Below are positions 23,962 through 33,793 of a DNA stretch of 64,000 nucleotides, piece by piece (positions within the stretch are counted from its first letter, which is position 1; each line of letters starts with the position of its first letter). The translations under genes and the position numbers were made by a program. The DNA is from a virus (taxonomy: Duplodnaviria > Heunggongvirae > Uroviricota > Caudoviricetes), in the IMG/VR virus record IMGVR_UViG_3300035212_002004, positions 40,100 to 104,099 of that record, one strand, 5' to 3'. The notes beneath the pieces were generated by a model that had not been told where the DNA came from, made no database searches, and saw only the letters and a program-made list of their open reading frames with translations.

Positions 23962-24798
23962 TTATTTAAATAAATCTTCGAATTCGTCTTCGGCGATTGT
24001 TTCTTTAGGTTTTAAAGCGAACGCTTTATTAGCTTGAGGTGCAGTTGGAGTGAATGGACCTTTAGGGGTAGATTCAGTTTTTGGTAATGCTAAGAATTGA
24101 TCACCAGCCTCTTCAGTTTTTTCTGCTTCTTCTGGATTTAACCATTCAGTTAAGAATTGTTTAATCTCATCAAAAGTATATTTTTTACTAAAAGATGTAG
24201 GATCTGGTTGGTTTTCTAACCATTTAGTTAATTCATCATTATCATTACATAATGGTGTAGTTTTAAGAGCAGGCATAATACGAGATTTATTATAATCTGT
24301 ACCTGTAGTTTCTGGTCCTACTGTTTCTACTTTCATATCTCTACCTTCCATGATGTCAGTAAAATCTCCAATATCTTCATCAGCAGCTAATGATAGTAAT
24401 GATTGATAAACTTCTTTACCAAATTCCCAAAGACGTACTCCTTTGTCCTCTTCACCTCTAATAATAACAGGAGCAAAAACTCTCATTTTAGGCTCTAATT
24501 TCTTAGCTAATTTCCAGTTTTCAGGTTCTTTAGTTTTGCGTAATTCCTTTGCAAATTCAATAATTGGATCTTTTTCACCGAAGTTTGTAGGTGAAATAAT
24601 TGTTCTTTTTCCTATCCCATAATGGAAATACAATTCCGTAAATGGGTTTTCAGGATTGTTTTTTGATGGTACAAACCTTACTAAGGCTTTACCAACTGTA
24701 GGTTTCCAAAAGCTTAAAGCTTTATCGTTGTTTTTCTGACCTCCAGATTTAGGAGCCGAAAGTTCACTAAGCTTGTTTTGGATCAAGTCTAAATTCAT
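23962..24798 (-). CDS. Single-stranded DNA binding protein (T4 gp32-like)
   Basis: FWKP..G...VRFVP, GVRLWEFGK..YQ, DI..GRD motifs and an acidic C-terminal tail (EDEFEDLFK). Confidence 0.85.
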   Translation of the reverse strand: MNLDLIQNKLSELSAPKSGGQKNNDKALSFWKPTVGKALVRFVPSKNNPENPFTELYFHYGIGKRTIISPTNFGEKDPIIEFAKELRKTKEPENWKLAKKLEPKMRVFAPVIIRGEEDKGVRLWEFGKEVYQSLLSLAADEDIGDFTDIMEGRDMKVETVGPETTGTDYNKSRIMPALKTTPLCNDNDELTKWLENQPDPTSFSKKYTFDEIKQFLTEWLNPEEAEKTEEAGDQFLALPKTESTPKGPFTPTAPQANKAFALKPKETIAEDEFEDLFK

Positions 24799-24872
24799 AA
24801 CTTTTGATTTTAATGTTAAAACTAATTTGTAATCGTAAATATAATAAGGCTTCCTAAGGAAGCCAAATATTT

Positions 24873-25343
24873 TTATAAAGTAATTATTTTGTAGATTTTT
24901 GTATCTAATTTTTTTAAATCACCTGCGTGTGTTAATAAGATACAATTTTGATACTCTTTCCAATCAATAGGAAATTTATTGTCTAATACTCCCCCGTTTA
25001 AAGACTTAATTAAGTCATTTAAGGCGTTGATAGTATAAAGAGTATTTGATTCTTTCTTTCTATGAAGTAAAATAGTATTACTCAATAAGGTATTGGTAAT
25101 GTTTACTGCATCTACATTATAAGTAAATACATATTCTTCCGTTGATTGTATATATAAAATAAAGATCTTATTAAATAAGATTTTATATTGACCTTGTATG
25201 ATAGCTAAAGTAGCGTCTAAATCCTCTTTACTAGAGAATGTACAGAATAATTTATTTTGCATGTTATCGGAATGTTCATATGAGTTTTCATATGATGATT
25301 GCAGATAAATATGTGAAGGGACTGGTAAATGTGTGATTATCAT
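24873..25343 (-). CDS. Conserved hypothetical protein
   Basis: LFCTF..TYN..TILLHRKKESNTLYTINALN; true start may be the internal MQNKL. Confidence 0.75.
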   Translation of the reverse strand: MIITHLPVPSHIYLQSSYENSYEHSDNMQNKLFCTFSSKEDLDATLAIIQGQYKILFNKIFILYIQSTEEYVFTYNVDAVNITNTLLSNTILLHRKKESNTLYTINALNDLIKSLNGGVLDNKFPIDWKEYQNCILLTHAGDLKKLDTKIYKIITL

Positions 25344-25369
25344 AACTTATTTTAATGAATTATTTTATT

Positions 25370-26266
25370 TTATTTATTTTTATATTTCCAAATATACCCT
25401 CCGTGGGTTTTAATGGTTTCTTTACAACACATAACAATCCCTGAGGAATATAGGTTAAGGTTTGTTTCTATTTCTTTTATACTATTCCATTCTTTTATAA
25501 AATTTCCATTTTTGTTAAACTGCAATATTTTCTTATTAGGTTTTAGTTCAAAATTAAAATCCAATGGGGTATTTTTATACCTCCAAATAAAATTATTAGA
25601 AGTTTCTTGGTCCCCATTACAACAACCAAAAATACTGGATTTGTTTGTATTGGTGTGTTTAGAAGCTTTAATCATACTATCCCACTCTTTTACCAATTCT
25701 CCTTTTAAATTGTATTGAATAATTGATTGACCTTTTCTATCTCTAGAATAAATAAAATTATTATCAATTTTATTTAAATCAAATCTCCAAATAAAATTAA
25801 AAACACCTCCTGTTTGTTTTCTACAATCTCTTAATATAGCAGCAGATTTTAACCCCAATTCATTTTCAATACAAATAGCCCCATCCCATTCTTTAATAAA
25901 ATTACCATCTAAATCATATTGGATTATTTTTTTCTTCCCAACACCTTTTCTAGCTAATTTAATTTTTTCTCTTACATCCTCTGTGTGAAATTCTACTCCA
26001 TTCCCCCCCTCATTTTTGTTTTGAATATTAAATCCAAATTGCCTAAAATATTCAATCCAAAAGCATTCTAAATGCTTCCAATCTTTAGATTCTAAAGATT
26101 TCACTTGGTCTATTTCAGTATAAATTATATCTTTACCAAAGGTTTGTTTATGATTACTTTTTCTAGTATTTTTAGTTTTACCTATATAGACTTTATTGGG
26201 GTCTCCGTAACAATTGGTAACTAAGTAAATTTTTGTAATTTGAGGAGGGGTTGTAATATTTATCAT
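25370..26266 (-). CDS. GIY-YIG putative homing endonuclease with three NUMOD1-type repeats
   Basis: KIYL...VYIGKT, E.FWI..F...N.N.GG; repeats of I.QY...G.FIKEW.S. Confidence 0.88.
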   Translation of the reverse strand: MINITTPPQITKIYLVTNCYGDPNKVYIGKTKNTRKSNHKQTFGKDIIYTEIDQVKSLESKDWKHLECFWIEYFRQFGFNIQNKNEGGNGVEFHTEDVREKIKLARKGVGKKKIIQYDLDGNFIKEWDGAICIENELGLKSAAILRDCRKQTGGVFNFIWRFDLNKIDNNFIYSRDRKGQSIIQYNLKGELVKEWDSMIKASKHTNTNKSSIFGCCNGDQETSNNFIWRYKNTPLDFNFELKPNKKILQFNKNGNFIKEWNSIKEIETNLNLYSSGIVMCCKETIKTHGGYIWKYKNK

Positions 26267-26317
26267 CGTTGTGTATTTTAATTGTGTTGCAACAATAAAT
26301 ATTACTTCTCTAAGCCT

Positions 26318-27667
26318 CTATTCAGGGGCTTTTACTTTTTTAAGGCAATTATAATTATACCCAAAAGAAACACTTACTTTAAACCCGAATGGTTCTTCTA
26401 ATAACTTTTTTATCTCTCTTAATACCTCCTTTCCATCATCTTTATGATAATCTACTAATATCGAGTCGTAAGTATATAATATAATATTACTTTTTTTGGT
26501 ATCCAAATACTCCTGCACACCCTTAATAGAGTTTACGTTATAATAAGTTTCTCCTGATTGTATCAGGTAATTCAATAGTTTTTGTGGTGTAGGGTTTATA
26601 ACATCTTTTGCAAATAATTTTCTCCCTCCTACTAAATGTATGTACCCATCAGAATTAAAATCTCTATATATTTGATCCGTATATTGGCCAACTTTGGCAA
26701 AGAATGGTATGTCTTTGTATTGTTCAAATACCCCTCCGTATAGTTGCTTGAATGTTAATTCTTTGGATGCTTGATATTGCTCATCTGTTAAAATATCTGT
26801 TTTAAAATACATTTGTCCTAAATGGGTGTGAATAGATCCTTTATCAAACTCATATCCTATTAATTTACCCAAAATTCGTGGGTGGTATGCCTCGTAATCA
26901 AATTCAAATAGCATGTCGTTTTGACATATAATAGCTTCTCTCGAACCATTGGATTTATTTAAAGCCGCGAAATTAATGTTATTAAAAGCATTAGTGGGGC
27001 GCGAAGTAAAATTATATAGATTATATTGAGTGTAGATTTTGTCATCCTTTATAGAGAAATTAATATTTTGCGGATTAAAATGTTCGTTAAATAATGGTAT
27101 ATCCAACGCGATACCCTGTTTTTCAATACCGTAATACACATTAACATACTCGTCGTTATAATACGTGTTTAATGTTGGAAGCAACATTAAATGCTTCACA
27201 ACACTAAATATAGCTTCTTGAGTCTCATAGTGTTTCGGAATTGGGATAATCGAATTTAAATAAGGTTTGTCTCCATAAAGTTGTTTGAAATGAGTGTGTA
27301 TATGAGTATCAAAATCATGTATATACGGAGGGGTAGTGGATGTGGATAGTGACAAAAGTTGTAAATCTTTTACTTTATTATTTAAAAATTCTTCCCCTAA
27401 TAATTGTGCCGTTATTTTTTTATCTAATACAAAGACATTTTCATGTTTTAAGATAAAATCCTTTACATTCTCAAAATTTAAATAAAACCCTTCACTATGA
27501 TTAATTGTAAGTATTAACCCTTTACCATGTTTTGGTTTATAATAAATTAAGGACACTTCTGTTAATAAAGGATGATAATTGCTACTTAATGGTATTACAT
27601 TAATGTAACATTCTTCCGATATACAAAGTTGTGATAATTGATCTTGGGTTTCTACTATATAAAACAT
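26318..27667 (-). CDS. polA: Short family A DNA polymerase
   Basis: TSRP, motif A FDYEAYHPR, motif B SKELTFKQLYG, NYLIQS, motif C YTYDS. Confidence 0.85.
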   Translation of the reverse strand: MFYIVETQDQLSQLCISEECYINVIPLSSNYHPLLTEVSLIYYKPKHGKGLILTINHSEGFYLNFENVKDFILKHENVFVLDKKITAQLLGEEFLNNKVKDLQLLSLSTSTTPPYIHDFDTHIHTHFKQLYGDKPYLNSIIPIPKHYETQEAIFSVVKHLMLLPTLNTYYNDEYVNVYYGIEKQGIALDIPLFNEHFNPQNINFSIKDDKIYTQYNLYNFTSRPTNAFNNINFAALNKSNGSREAIICQNDMLFEFDYEAYHPRILGKLIGYEFDKGSIHTHLGQMYFKTDILTDEQYQASKELTFKQLYGGVFEQYKDIPFFAKVGQYTDQIYRDFNSDGYIHLVGGRKLFAKDVINPTPQKLLNYLIQSGETYYNVNSIKGVQEYLDTKKSNIILYTYDSILVDYHKDDGKEVLREIKKLLEEPFGFKVSVSFGYNYNCLKKVKAPE

Positions 27668-27738
27668 TTAATATAACTTTTATTTTGGTTAAATATAAAA
27701 AGGCTCCCTATGGGAGCCAAATTTAATATTTTAAGATT

Positions 27739-28989
27739 TTATTTAAATAACAATTTAGTAAAATGATCTTCAACTTCATCTCTATAGTCTTCCATAGATG
27801 GATTCATTCTAAGAAAATCTTCAACTGCTTTTTCTGCTTTTTTATGTTCCTCTGCATGATTAGATGCTCCAGTCATACCTACTCTTTTTCCTAATCTCAT
27901 TTCGTTACCAACAAGAGTGTGTAGTTGCGATCTAAGGCTTTCTTCATTTTCTTGTAATTCTTCAGTATCTTCCCCTCCAAATAAAGATTTATAATCAGGA
28001 AATTCATCTTCATCTTGGCTTGTTAATTGCCCTTGATATATAGCTTGTTGTCTAAATTGTTCAGCTTTTTCTACTGCTCCATTTAAAAAATGATCTGCTC
28101 CTCTTTTATAAGTGACATCAGCTTCAGTTTCATCTTCTTCAGCAGTAGATTCATCTTCACCATAGTTAGAGAAATAATTTTCCTCCATAGCTTTAAATTG
28201 TGCTAAAGGGAATATAAAATCTCCTTTTTCATCTTTACTTCCTTCTCCGTTCCATACTTTAAATTCTTTACCACTCATTACAACTGATTCTAATCTACCT
28301 TTTAAGCCTTGTTTAAATTGAGATAAGAAAGATGATGTTTGAGCAGGACCAAAGTCTGTACTAGCTTTTCTTGCAATATCAAAATATCCTCTAAGTTTAC
28401 CATATAATTCTTTGTAGTTAATAGCTCCACCTCTACCTCTTTCAACTGAAGTTAAAGCTATTACTGCTTCTGGGGAAATTAATAGTTGGTCTCCTAACAT
28501 TTTAAAATGATTAGGTAAAGCTGTAAATAATTTACTTGGTACTATTCCATTAGTAGGGATAAATCTTTTACCTCCGCCCCCACCTTTTTGGAAATTGAAA
28601 CGGACATCTTCATCTAAACCATCTTGAAATTTTCTTGCTTCTTCTTCAGAAGGGAATGATTTTTCTGTAGTTCCTTTAGAACCTCTATAAGTCACAATCC
28701 AATAAGGACCTTCTTGAGAAATACTAGATATTTCATTGTGACCTAAATTACCTCCTTCTTTTAATGAATTTTTAGATTTTACTAATTCAGCAGAAAAAGC
28801 TCTAGCTAATCTAGGGGCATCTTTTTTTATTTTAGCTATAGCTTCTTTTTCAGAAGTTGCTTTTACTTTTTTATCATAATCAATATCATCATCTCCTTTA
28901 GCTATATAATATGTAACAAGATATTCTTTTTCTTCAGAATTCTCAATTAAGATTTGATTTAAGATATTTTTTAATTTAATAGCGCTCAT
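27739..28989 (-). CDS. Hypothetical acidic mosaic protein, possible internal head protein
   Basis: 416 aa with several (I/L)xE sites; late-type motif upstream. Confidence 0.6.
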   Translation of the reverse strand: MSAIKLKNILNQILIENSEEKEYLVTYYIAKGDDDIDYDKKVKATSEKEAIAKIKKDAPRLARAFSAELVKSKNSLKEGGNLGHNEISSISQEGPYWIVTYRGSKGTTEKSFPSEEEARKFQDGLDEDVRFNFQKGGGGGKRFIPTNGIVPSKLFTALPNHFKMLGDQLLISPEAVIALTSVERGRGGAINYKELYGKLRGYFDIARKASTDFGPAQTSSFLSQFKQGLKGRLESVVMSGKEFKVWNGEGSKDEKGDFIFPLAQFKAMEENYFSNYGEDESTAEEDETEADVTYKRGADHFLNGAVEKAEQFRQQAIYQGQLTSQDEDEFPDYKSLFGGEDTEELQENEESLRSQLHTLVGNEMRLGKRVGMTGASNHAEEHKKAEKAVEDFLRMNPSMEDYRDEVEDHFTKLLFK

Positions 28990-29015
28990 TTTTTATTTTG
29001 ATATAAATATTATAA

Positions 29016-29612
29016 TTATTTGGAAAATTGAGTTAGATTGGTTAGATACTGTTTTATACCTATAAAGTTTTTCTCAGCGTTATCTAGTACTCTTTGGTTA
29101 GTGTCTATTATTCCTGCTCTTGTTGTTATATTGTTTATTCTTTCATTACGGAGTGGGCCTGAGATTTGCCAGAATATTGAAATTGATTTCCATAAAGCAT
29201 AATTATCTTTAGTGATGCTGTTTTGAAAAGCATCAAAAGTTGCCTTATCAATTTCCATTATTTTAAAGGTAGTACCACTTCTTTGTCTTGCTAAATATCT
29301 TGTAATTTTTCCTACTTTATAATCTTCATCTGTTGGGCGAGGAGTAAAAGGTGTAGGATTTATTAAATTGATAGTTAAACTAGGATTTAATTTTTTATAT
29401 AATTTAACTGAGTCAGGGCTAAAATCTCCTCCTAGTGAAGGTGCTGATTCTGTTAGAGGGATAGAGCTACCTGATGTGGGGCTGGTTCCAGTAAAAGATT
29501 CACCTTTAAAAGTAGTATAATACGGACCATTATAATCTTTTCCATTTATATTAAATTGGCCAGGATTAGCTTTTTGATTAGCTAATATTCGAGATTTAGG
29601 AAAATATTTCAT
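29016..29612 (-). CDS. Hypothetical virion protein
   Basis: 198 aa at the end of the baseplate operon. Confidence 0.7.
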   Translation of the reverse strand: MKYFPKSRILANQKANPGQFNINGKDYNGPYYTTFKGESFTGTSPTSGSSIPLTESAPSLGGDFSPDSVKLYKKLNPSLTINLINPTPFTPRPTDEDYKVGKITRYLARQRSGTTFKIMEIDKATFDAFQNSITKDNYALWKSISIFWQISGPLRNERINNITTRAGIIDTNQRVLDNAEKNFIGIKQYLTNLTQFSK

Positions 29613-29622
29613 TTTAATTTAT

Positions 29623-30588
29623 TTAAGAGTAAACATATTTGTCAAAAGCATACCCATCAATTACTTTTTCTCCATTTATAGTTTTTGTACTAAAAGCAGC
29701 TATAGCAGGATTTTGTTTTGCTACTTTTATAGCGTAAGCATCTGATTGTTCACTACCATATACCCAACTTTTTGATTTATTTTTAGAAATAGGATAAAAA
29801 GTAGCTCCATATAAATCCCCAGCAGAAGCAGGTTTACTGCTATTAAATCCTAAAGATTTAAAATACTTTTCAACATAATCCAATTGAGCAAGTCCTGAGT
29901 TTTGAATAGTAGAAAGGTTATAAGTAGTTCCTTTAATAGTTTTAGTAGTTCCTCCTCCTTTATCAGGGCAGAATTGAATTAATCCTACACATCCTATACC
30001 ATTTTTAATAGTAGGTCTAATTCCAGATTCTTTATACATTACAGTTACTAAATCCATTTCAGATACACCAATGGCTGCTGCTACTTGTTGGGTTTTTATT
30101 TTAAATCCAGGATAAGTTACTTCAGCTTTATCATAAGCATCTTGTTTATTTTTACTAGCTTTTGGATTACCTAAATCCTTATATTTAGTCATTGAATTTT
30201 GAGTGTCTTGAGCATCTTTGATTGCTTTTTTCTCAGCCTCAGTTAAAGGTTCAAATCTAATATTAAGAGTTTGTCCTGTTATTTTAGTTGTCCATTTATT
30301 ATTGTTAAAATTTTGATCTATAGTATGTAAAATGAAAGCTATTTTGCTTAATCCTACATCAGGTCCATCTTGAATTTTATAAGAATCTGGTAAAGAATTT
30401 TCAGGTATTGTAAATGCAGAGTGAGGTATTATCCCACTTAATCCATCCATTTCTAGATTAAAATCTAAAGGTAATATAACGTCACCTGTAAAAGCGTTAT
30501 CATCTCCTGATTTGAGAGGATCTGAGAATACTTCTCGGTATGTATTTAAACATGAATCGGATTTATCTGAGTTATATATTAAAGCCAT
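29623..30588 (-). CDS. Baseplate-associated protein with a lytic transglycosylase / lysozyme-like domain
   Basis: VMYKESG...GCVGLIQF motif in the C-terminal half. Confidence 0.7.
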   Translation of the reverse strand: MALIYNSDKSDSCLNTYREVFSDPLKSGDDNAFTGDVILPLDFNLEMDGLSGIIPHSAFTIPENSLPDSYKIQDGPDVGLSKIAFILHTIDQNFNNNKWTTKITGQTLNIRFEPLTEAEKKAIKDAQDTQNSMTKYKDLGNPKASKNKQDAYDKAEVTYPGFKIKTQQVAAAIGVSEMDLVTVMYKESGIRPTIKNGIGCVGLIQFCPDKGGGTTKTIKGTTYNLSTIQNSGLAQLDYVEKYFKSLGFNSSKPASAGDLYGATFYPISKNKSKSWVYGSEQSDAYAIKVAKQNPAIAAFSTKTINGEKVIDGYAFDKYVYS

Positions 30589-30589
30589 A

Positions 30590-33097
30590 TTATTTTAAGT
30601 CTGCATTTTGTTTGTATTCATTTAATTCTCCTAATTTGTTCTGCCAAAGTTTTTCAATTGGGCTATCATCAAATAAAGAGCTAGGAGAATCATAATTAGC
30701 ATTTAATTGAAGAGTAATATAAGCATACATTGAAGATTTTGGAGTATTTATTTCTGCCATATCTTTTTGGTCGGATTGTTCTAAAGTTTTATAATTTTCA
30801 AAATCATTAGCTATAGGTGAACTTAATATAATAGCTTTAGCTTTATCTAATGCTGCTATTTCTTTACTAGCATCTTCTTTACTATTTTGAGCAATTATTT
30901 TTAATTCATTAATAGCGGCTTCTAAAGAACCTCGAAGTTTATCTTTAAAATTATCTTTATTCACTTTGGGTATTATAGGAGGAAGATTATCTCCAAAAAC
31001 ATTTTGTTGGATTTCTGTTTGTTGAATTTCAGTTTCTGCTAATGCTCCTGTACCTACTCCATCATATAATTTTTCTATAAAATCTCTTAATTCTATATAT
31101 CTTTGATTAGAACTATCATTGGTTTTAGCAGTAGCATTATTATTAGTAGCAGCATCAACTGTAATAGTATCTAATCTATTATATAATCCTTTATTTAAAT
31201 GAGAGAAAGATAAAGCATTTTCTGCCCCTTGTACCCCATAAGGTTGTGCTTGTGCTGCTATAACCACCATTGCCGCAGTATTTGGAGAAATCTTTGAAGT
31301 ATAATTAAAATTATAAGCTAAACTTTTTAAACCTAATACTGGTATTTGAGTATAAGTAGGTACAGTTTGTGTGAGGCTAGATACTCTTCTATCATCTAAT
31401 ATTCTTATACATCTTGAATCATCATCAGGTACAATTCTAAATTCATTGTAACCACCAGTGGCTTTAGAAATGCCCTCTAGAATATCTTTAACCAAATCAA
31501 CAAAATAAACATTTCCTTTTTGATCTGCTGTTCTCCATTTTTTTAGTATACTTGCTACCCAATCTATATTTACTAAAGTGTACATAAATTTACCTCCTAA
31601 ATCTGCGTCTCCTATTCCAGGAGAATTTTTATTATCTCCATAAAAAGGGAATGTAACTTGAATTGAAGAAAAAATATCTGATGTTATCCCAAATGGTAAT
31701 TTTTCTGAACCTATTAAACATACTGATGGGTCTAATGAGCAATGTCCTGGGAAAGTATAACATCTATTTGTTTCAGGATTTACATCTATATAAATGTAAG
31801 GTTTAGGAATATCTTTTTCATTATTTTTTTGAAGAAGCATTCCTGTATATTTTATTAATAAAAGTAAATGACCTAAAGTAATGTATACTTGCTCTAAACC
31901 TGTTGAGTTAATATCATTACCTTTAGATAATCCTTCTCCATTAATTTCATACCCCATAATTAATCTACTAAAAAAAGCACTTGGGGTACCAATATAACTT
32001 TCAATAGTAGGAACATTAGTATCAATATCTACAGTATGAGGAGTATTCATACCTGGTTTATTTAATAAACGGTAATGAAATCCTTTTCGTACTAATTCAG
32101 AGTTTGAAGCCCAATTACTTACACTTATATGACCTTTAAATATATAATCTAACCAACTTATATAAGTTTGTCCAAAATCTATTAAAGCACCTGTGACATT
32201 AGAACTATTAAGTACCTCATTTTGGTAAATTTTAAATAAAGCTGAGTTTAGTAATGATTGATTTTGATCTGCTACTACAGGGTAAATTGAAGATGTAATT
32301 TCAGAACTTGAGGAAATATTAGATCTGAATTCCCCTGATAGATTTATTTTTAATGATTCTAGTATATCTCCAGCTCCAACTAATTGAACTTGACATTTAA
32401 ATGAGCCATTATCTGCTAATGAATAAGTAAAGTTTTTTATTGTACCCCAAGTAGCATCATAGTTTCCACTATGTTTTATTCTATTAGCGGTAATTTCTTC
32501 CATTAATTTTTCCTTAGTATGGATGCCATAGAACCCTATAGGTAAAGGAGTATTCTCAATTTTTCCAGTGTCATTAGCAATATAAAAAGTATGACCCCAT
32601 TCTACTAAAAGACCAAATCCTAACTTCATATAAAGAGCTTCCATTATATTAAGTTGCTCCATATTGTAGCAAACAAAATCAATAGTAGTTTCTTTTAAAG
32701 TACCTAACTTACCACCAGTTTTAATTGATATTCCAGTTATACCAGGCATTGGTTTAAAACCAAAAGTATCAGTTTTTCCAATCCCATAAGCCCCATCATC
32801 ACCTAATCCTGAACGTAAATTAAAACTAGTAGGACCTCCTGTATGATCTACAAGACCTGCTTGTAATATATATTTTTTAGATAATGCATCTCCTTCTAAT
32901 CCTCCAAATCTTTTATTACCGTATAAAACATTAGCACCAGAACTTACTCTTATCCAAACATTTTTGTTTGTAAGCCATTGTAGTTCTTGTGAACTTCTAT
33001 TTTTATTATCAATAAGTTTTTTTCGTTTTTCAATTTGAGTTGCAACATAAGGTTGAAAAGGAGAACCAGCGATATTAGTATAATCTAAATCAGCCAT
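30590..33097 (-). CDS. Probable baseplate hub protein
   Basis: 835 aa; PMPGI, G.L....I.F.C...EQL...E.LY...G...LVEWG pattern; follows the LysM gene. Confidence 0.65.
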   Translation of the reverse strand: MADLDYTNIAGSPFQPYVATQIEKRKKLIDNKNRSSQELQWLTNKNVWIRVSSGANVLYGNKRFGGLEGDALSKKYILQAGLVDHTGGPTSFNLRSGLGDDGAYGIGKTDTFGFKPMPGITGISIKTGGKLGTLKETTIDFVCYNMEQLNIMEALYMKLGFGLLVEWGHTFYIANDTGKIENTPLPIGFYGIHTKEKLMEEITANRIKHSGNYDATWGTIKNFTYSLADNGSFKCQVQLVGAGDILESLKINLSGEFRSNISSSSEITSSIYPVVADQNQSLLNSALFKIYQNEVLNSSNVTGALIDFGQTYISWLDYIFKGHISVSNWASNSELVRKGFHYRLLNKPGMNTPHTVDIDTNVPTIESYIGTPSAFFSRLIMGYEINGEGLSKGNDINSTGLEQVYITLGHLLLLIKYTGMLLQKNNEKDIPKPYIYIDVNPETNRCYTFPGHCSLDPSVCLIGSEKLPFGITSDIFSSIQVTFPFYGDNKNSPGIGDADLGGKFMYTLVNIDWVASILKKWRTADQKGNVYFVDLVKDILEGISKATGGYNEFRIVPDDDSRCIRILDDRRVSSLTQTVPTYTQIPVLGLKSLAYNFNYTSKISPNTAAMVVIAAQAQPYGVQGAENALSFSHLNKGLYNRLDTITVDAATNNNATAKTNDSSNQRYIELRDFIEKLYDGVGTGALAETEIQQTEIQQNVFGDNLPPIIPKVNKDNFKDKLRGSLEAAINELKIIAQNSKEDASKEIAALDKAKAIILSSPIANDFENYKTLEQSDQKDMAEINTPKSSMYAYITLQLNANYDSPSSLFDDSPIEKLWQNKLGELNEYKQNADLK

Positions 33098-33102
33098 AAC
33101 TT

Positions 33103-33423
33103 TTATATATTATTTGATTGGTTATATTTCATTAAGATATCTGATAAATTCTTAGGTATTCTTAAGTAGAATCCTTGTGGTGGAAATATTGAATCTCCTG
33201 GTAGATTATTAACCATTGCTACAGTCCACCATAAAGTAGCATCTCCATAAAAATCATAAGCTATATTATCTAATCTATCTGTAGTTCCTGTTAAAATATA
33301 ATTATCATCTGCTTGGGCCTCAATATTAGGATAATACGTTGGTTTATACATGGTCTTATTCGAAGTCGAAGTAACACCCGTATCGGATTTCATTGTGGAT
33401 ATGGATTGGTATCTACTTGGCAT
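33103..33423 (-). CDS. LysM-domain tail/baseplate protein
   Basis: DRLDNIAYDFYGDATLWW.VA..N...G..LRIP. Confidence 0.85.
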   Translation of the reverse strand: MPSRYQSISTMKSDTGVTSTSNKTMYKPTYYPNIEAQADDNYILTGTTDRLDNIAYDFYGDATLWWTVAMVNNLPGDSIFPPQGFYLRIPKNLSDILMKYNQSNNI

Positions 33424-33513
33424 AGTTTACATTTTTATATAAATATGTAAGATAAAAAAGGCTCCTGATGGAGCCTAATTTTTTAATTATTTGGAGTAGT
33501 AATCCCTGAAGTA

Positions 33514-33738
33514 TTAATCTTCATAATGGAAATTAGGATCATATTCTCCCATTTCCTCTTTAAATTTTTTCATAGTTTCTTCTAAGGCTTTAATTACTAA
33601 ATTTAATTCTTTTTCATCATTAGAAAGATTAGCAGTAATAAAGTCATAAATAGAATCAGACCACTGTTGGGAGGCACCTACATTTTCCTTAAGGATACCT
33701 GCTAATTTTTGCATTCTTTTATACTCATTATTTATCAT
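33514..33738 (-). CDS. Small acidic protein carrying the RMQKLAGI motif
   Basis: 74 aa; N-terminus shares RMQKLAGI with the scaffold C-terminus. Confidence 0.7.
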   Translation of the reverse strand: MINNEYKRMQKLAGILKENVGASQQWSDSIYDFITANLSNDEKELNLVIKALEETMKKFKEEMGEYDPNFHYED

Positions 33739-33793
33739 AATTATTTATATTTTAAGTTATACTAATAAATATATAAAATTTTAGTTAAATTAC

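Noticed and set aside
17061-27667. Introns or inteins in nrdA, nrdB, helicase, recombinase or polA
   Set aside because: Each ORF is continuous and of ordinary or short length, with no intein motifs; neighbouring nuclease genes are free-standing.
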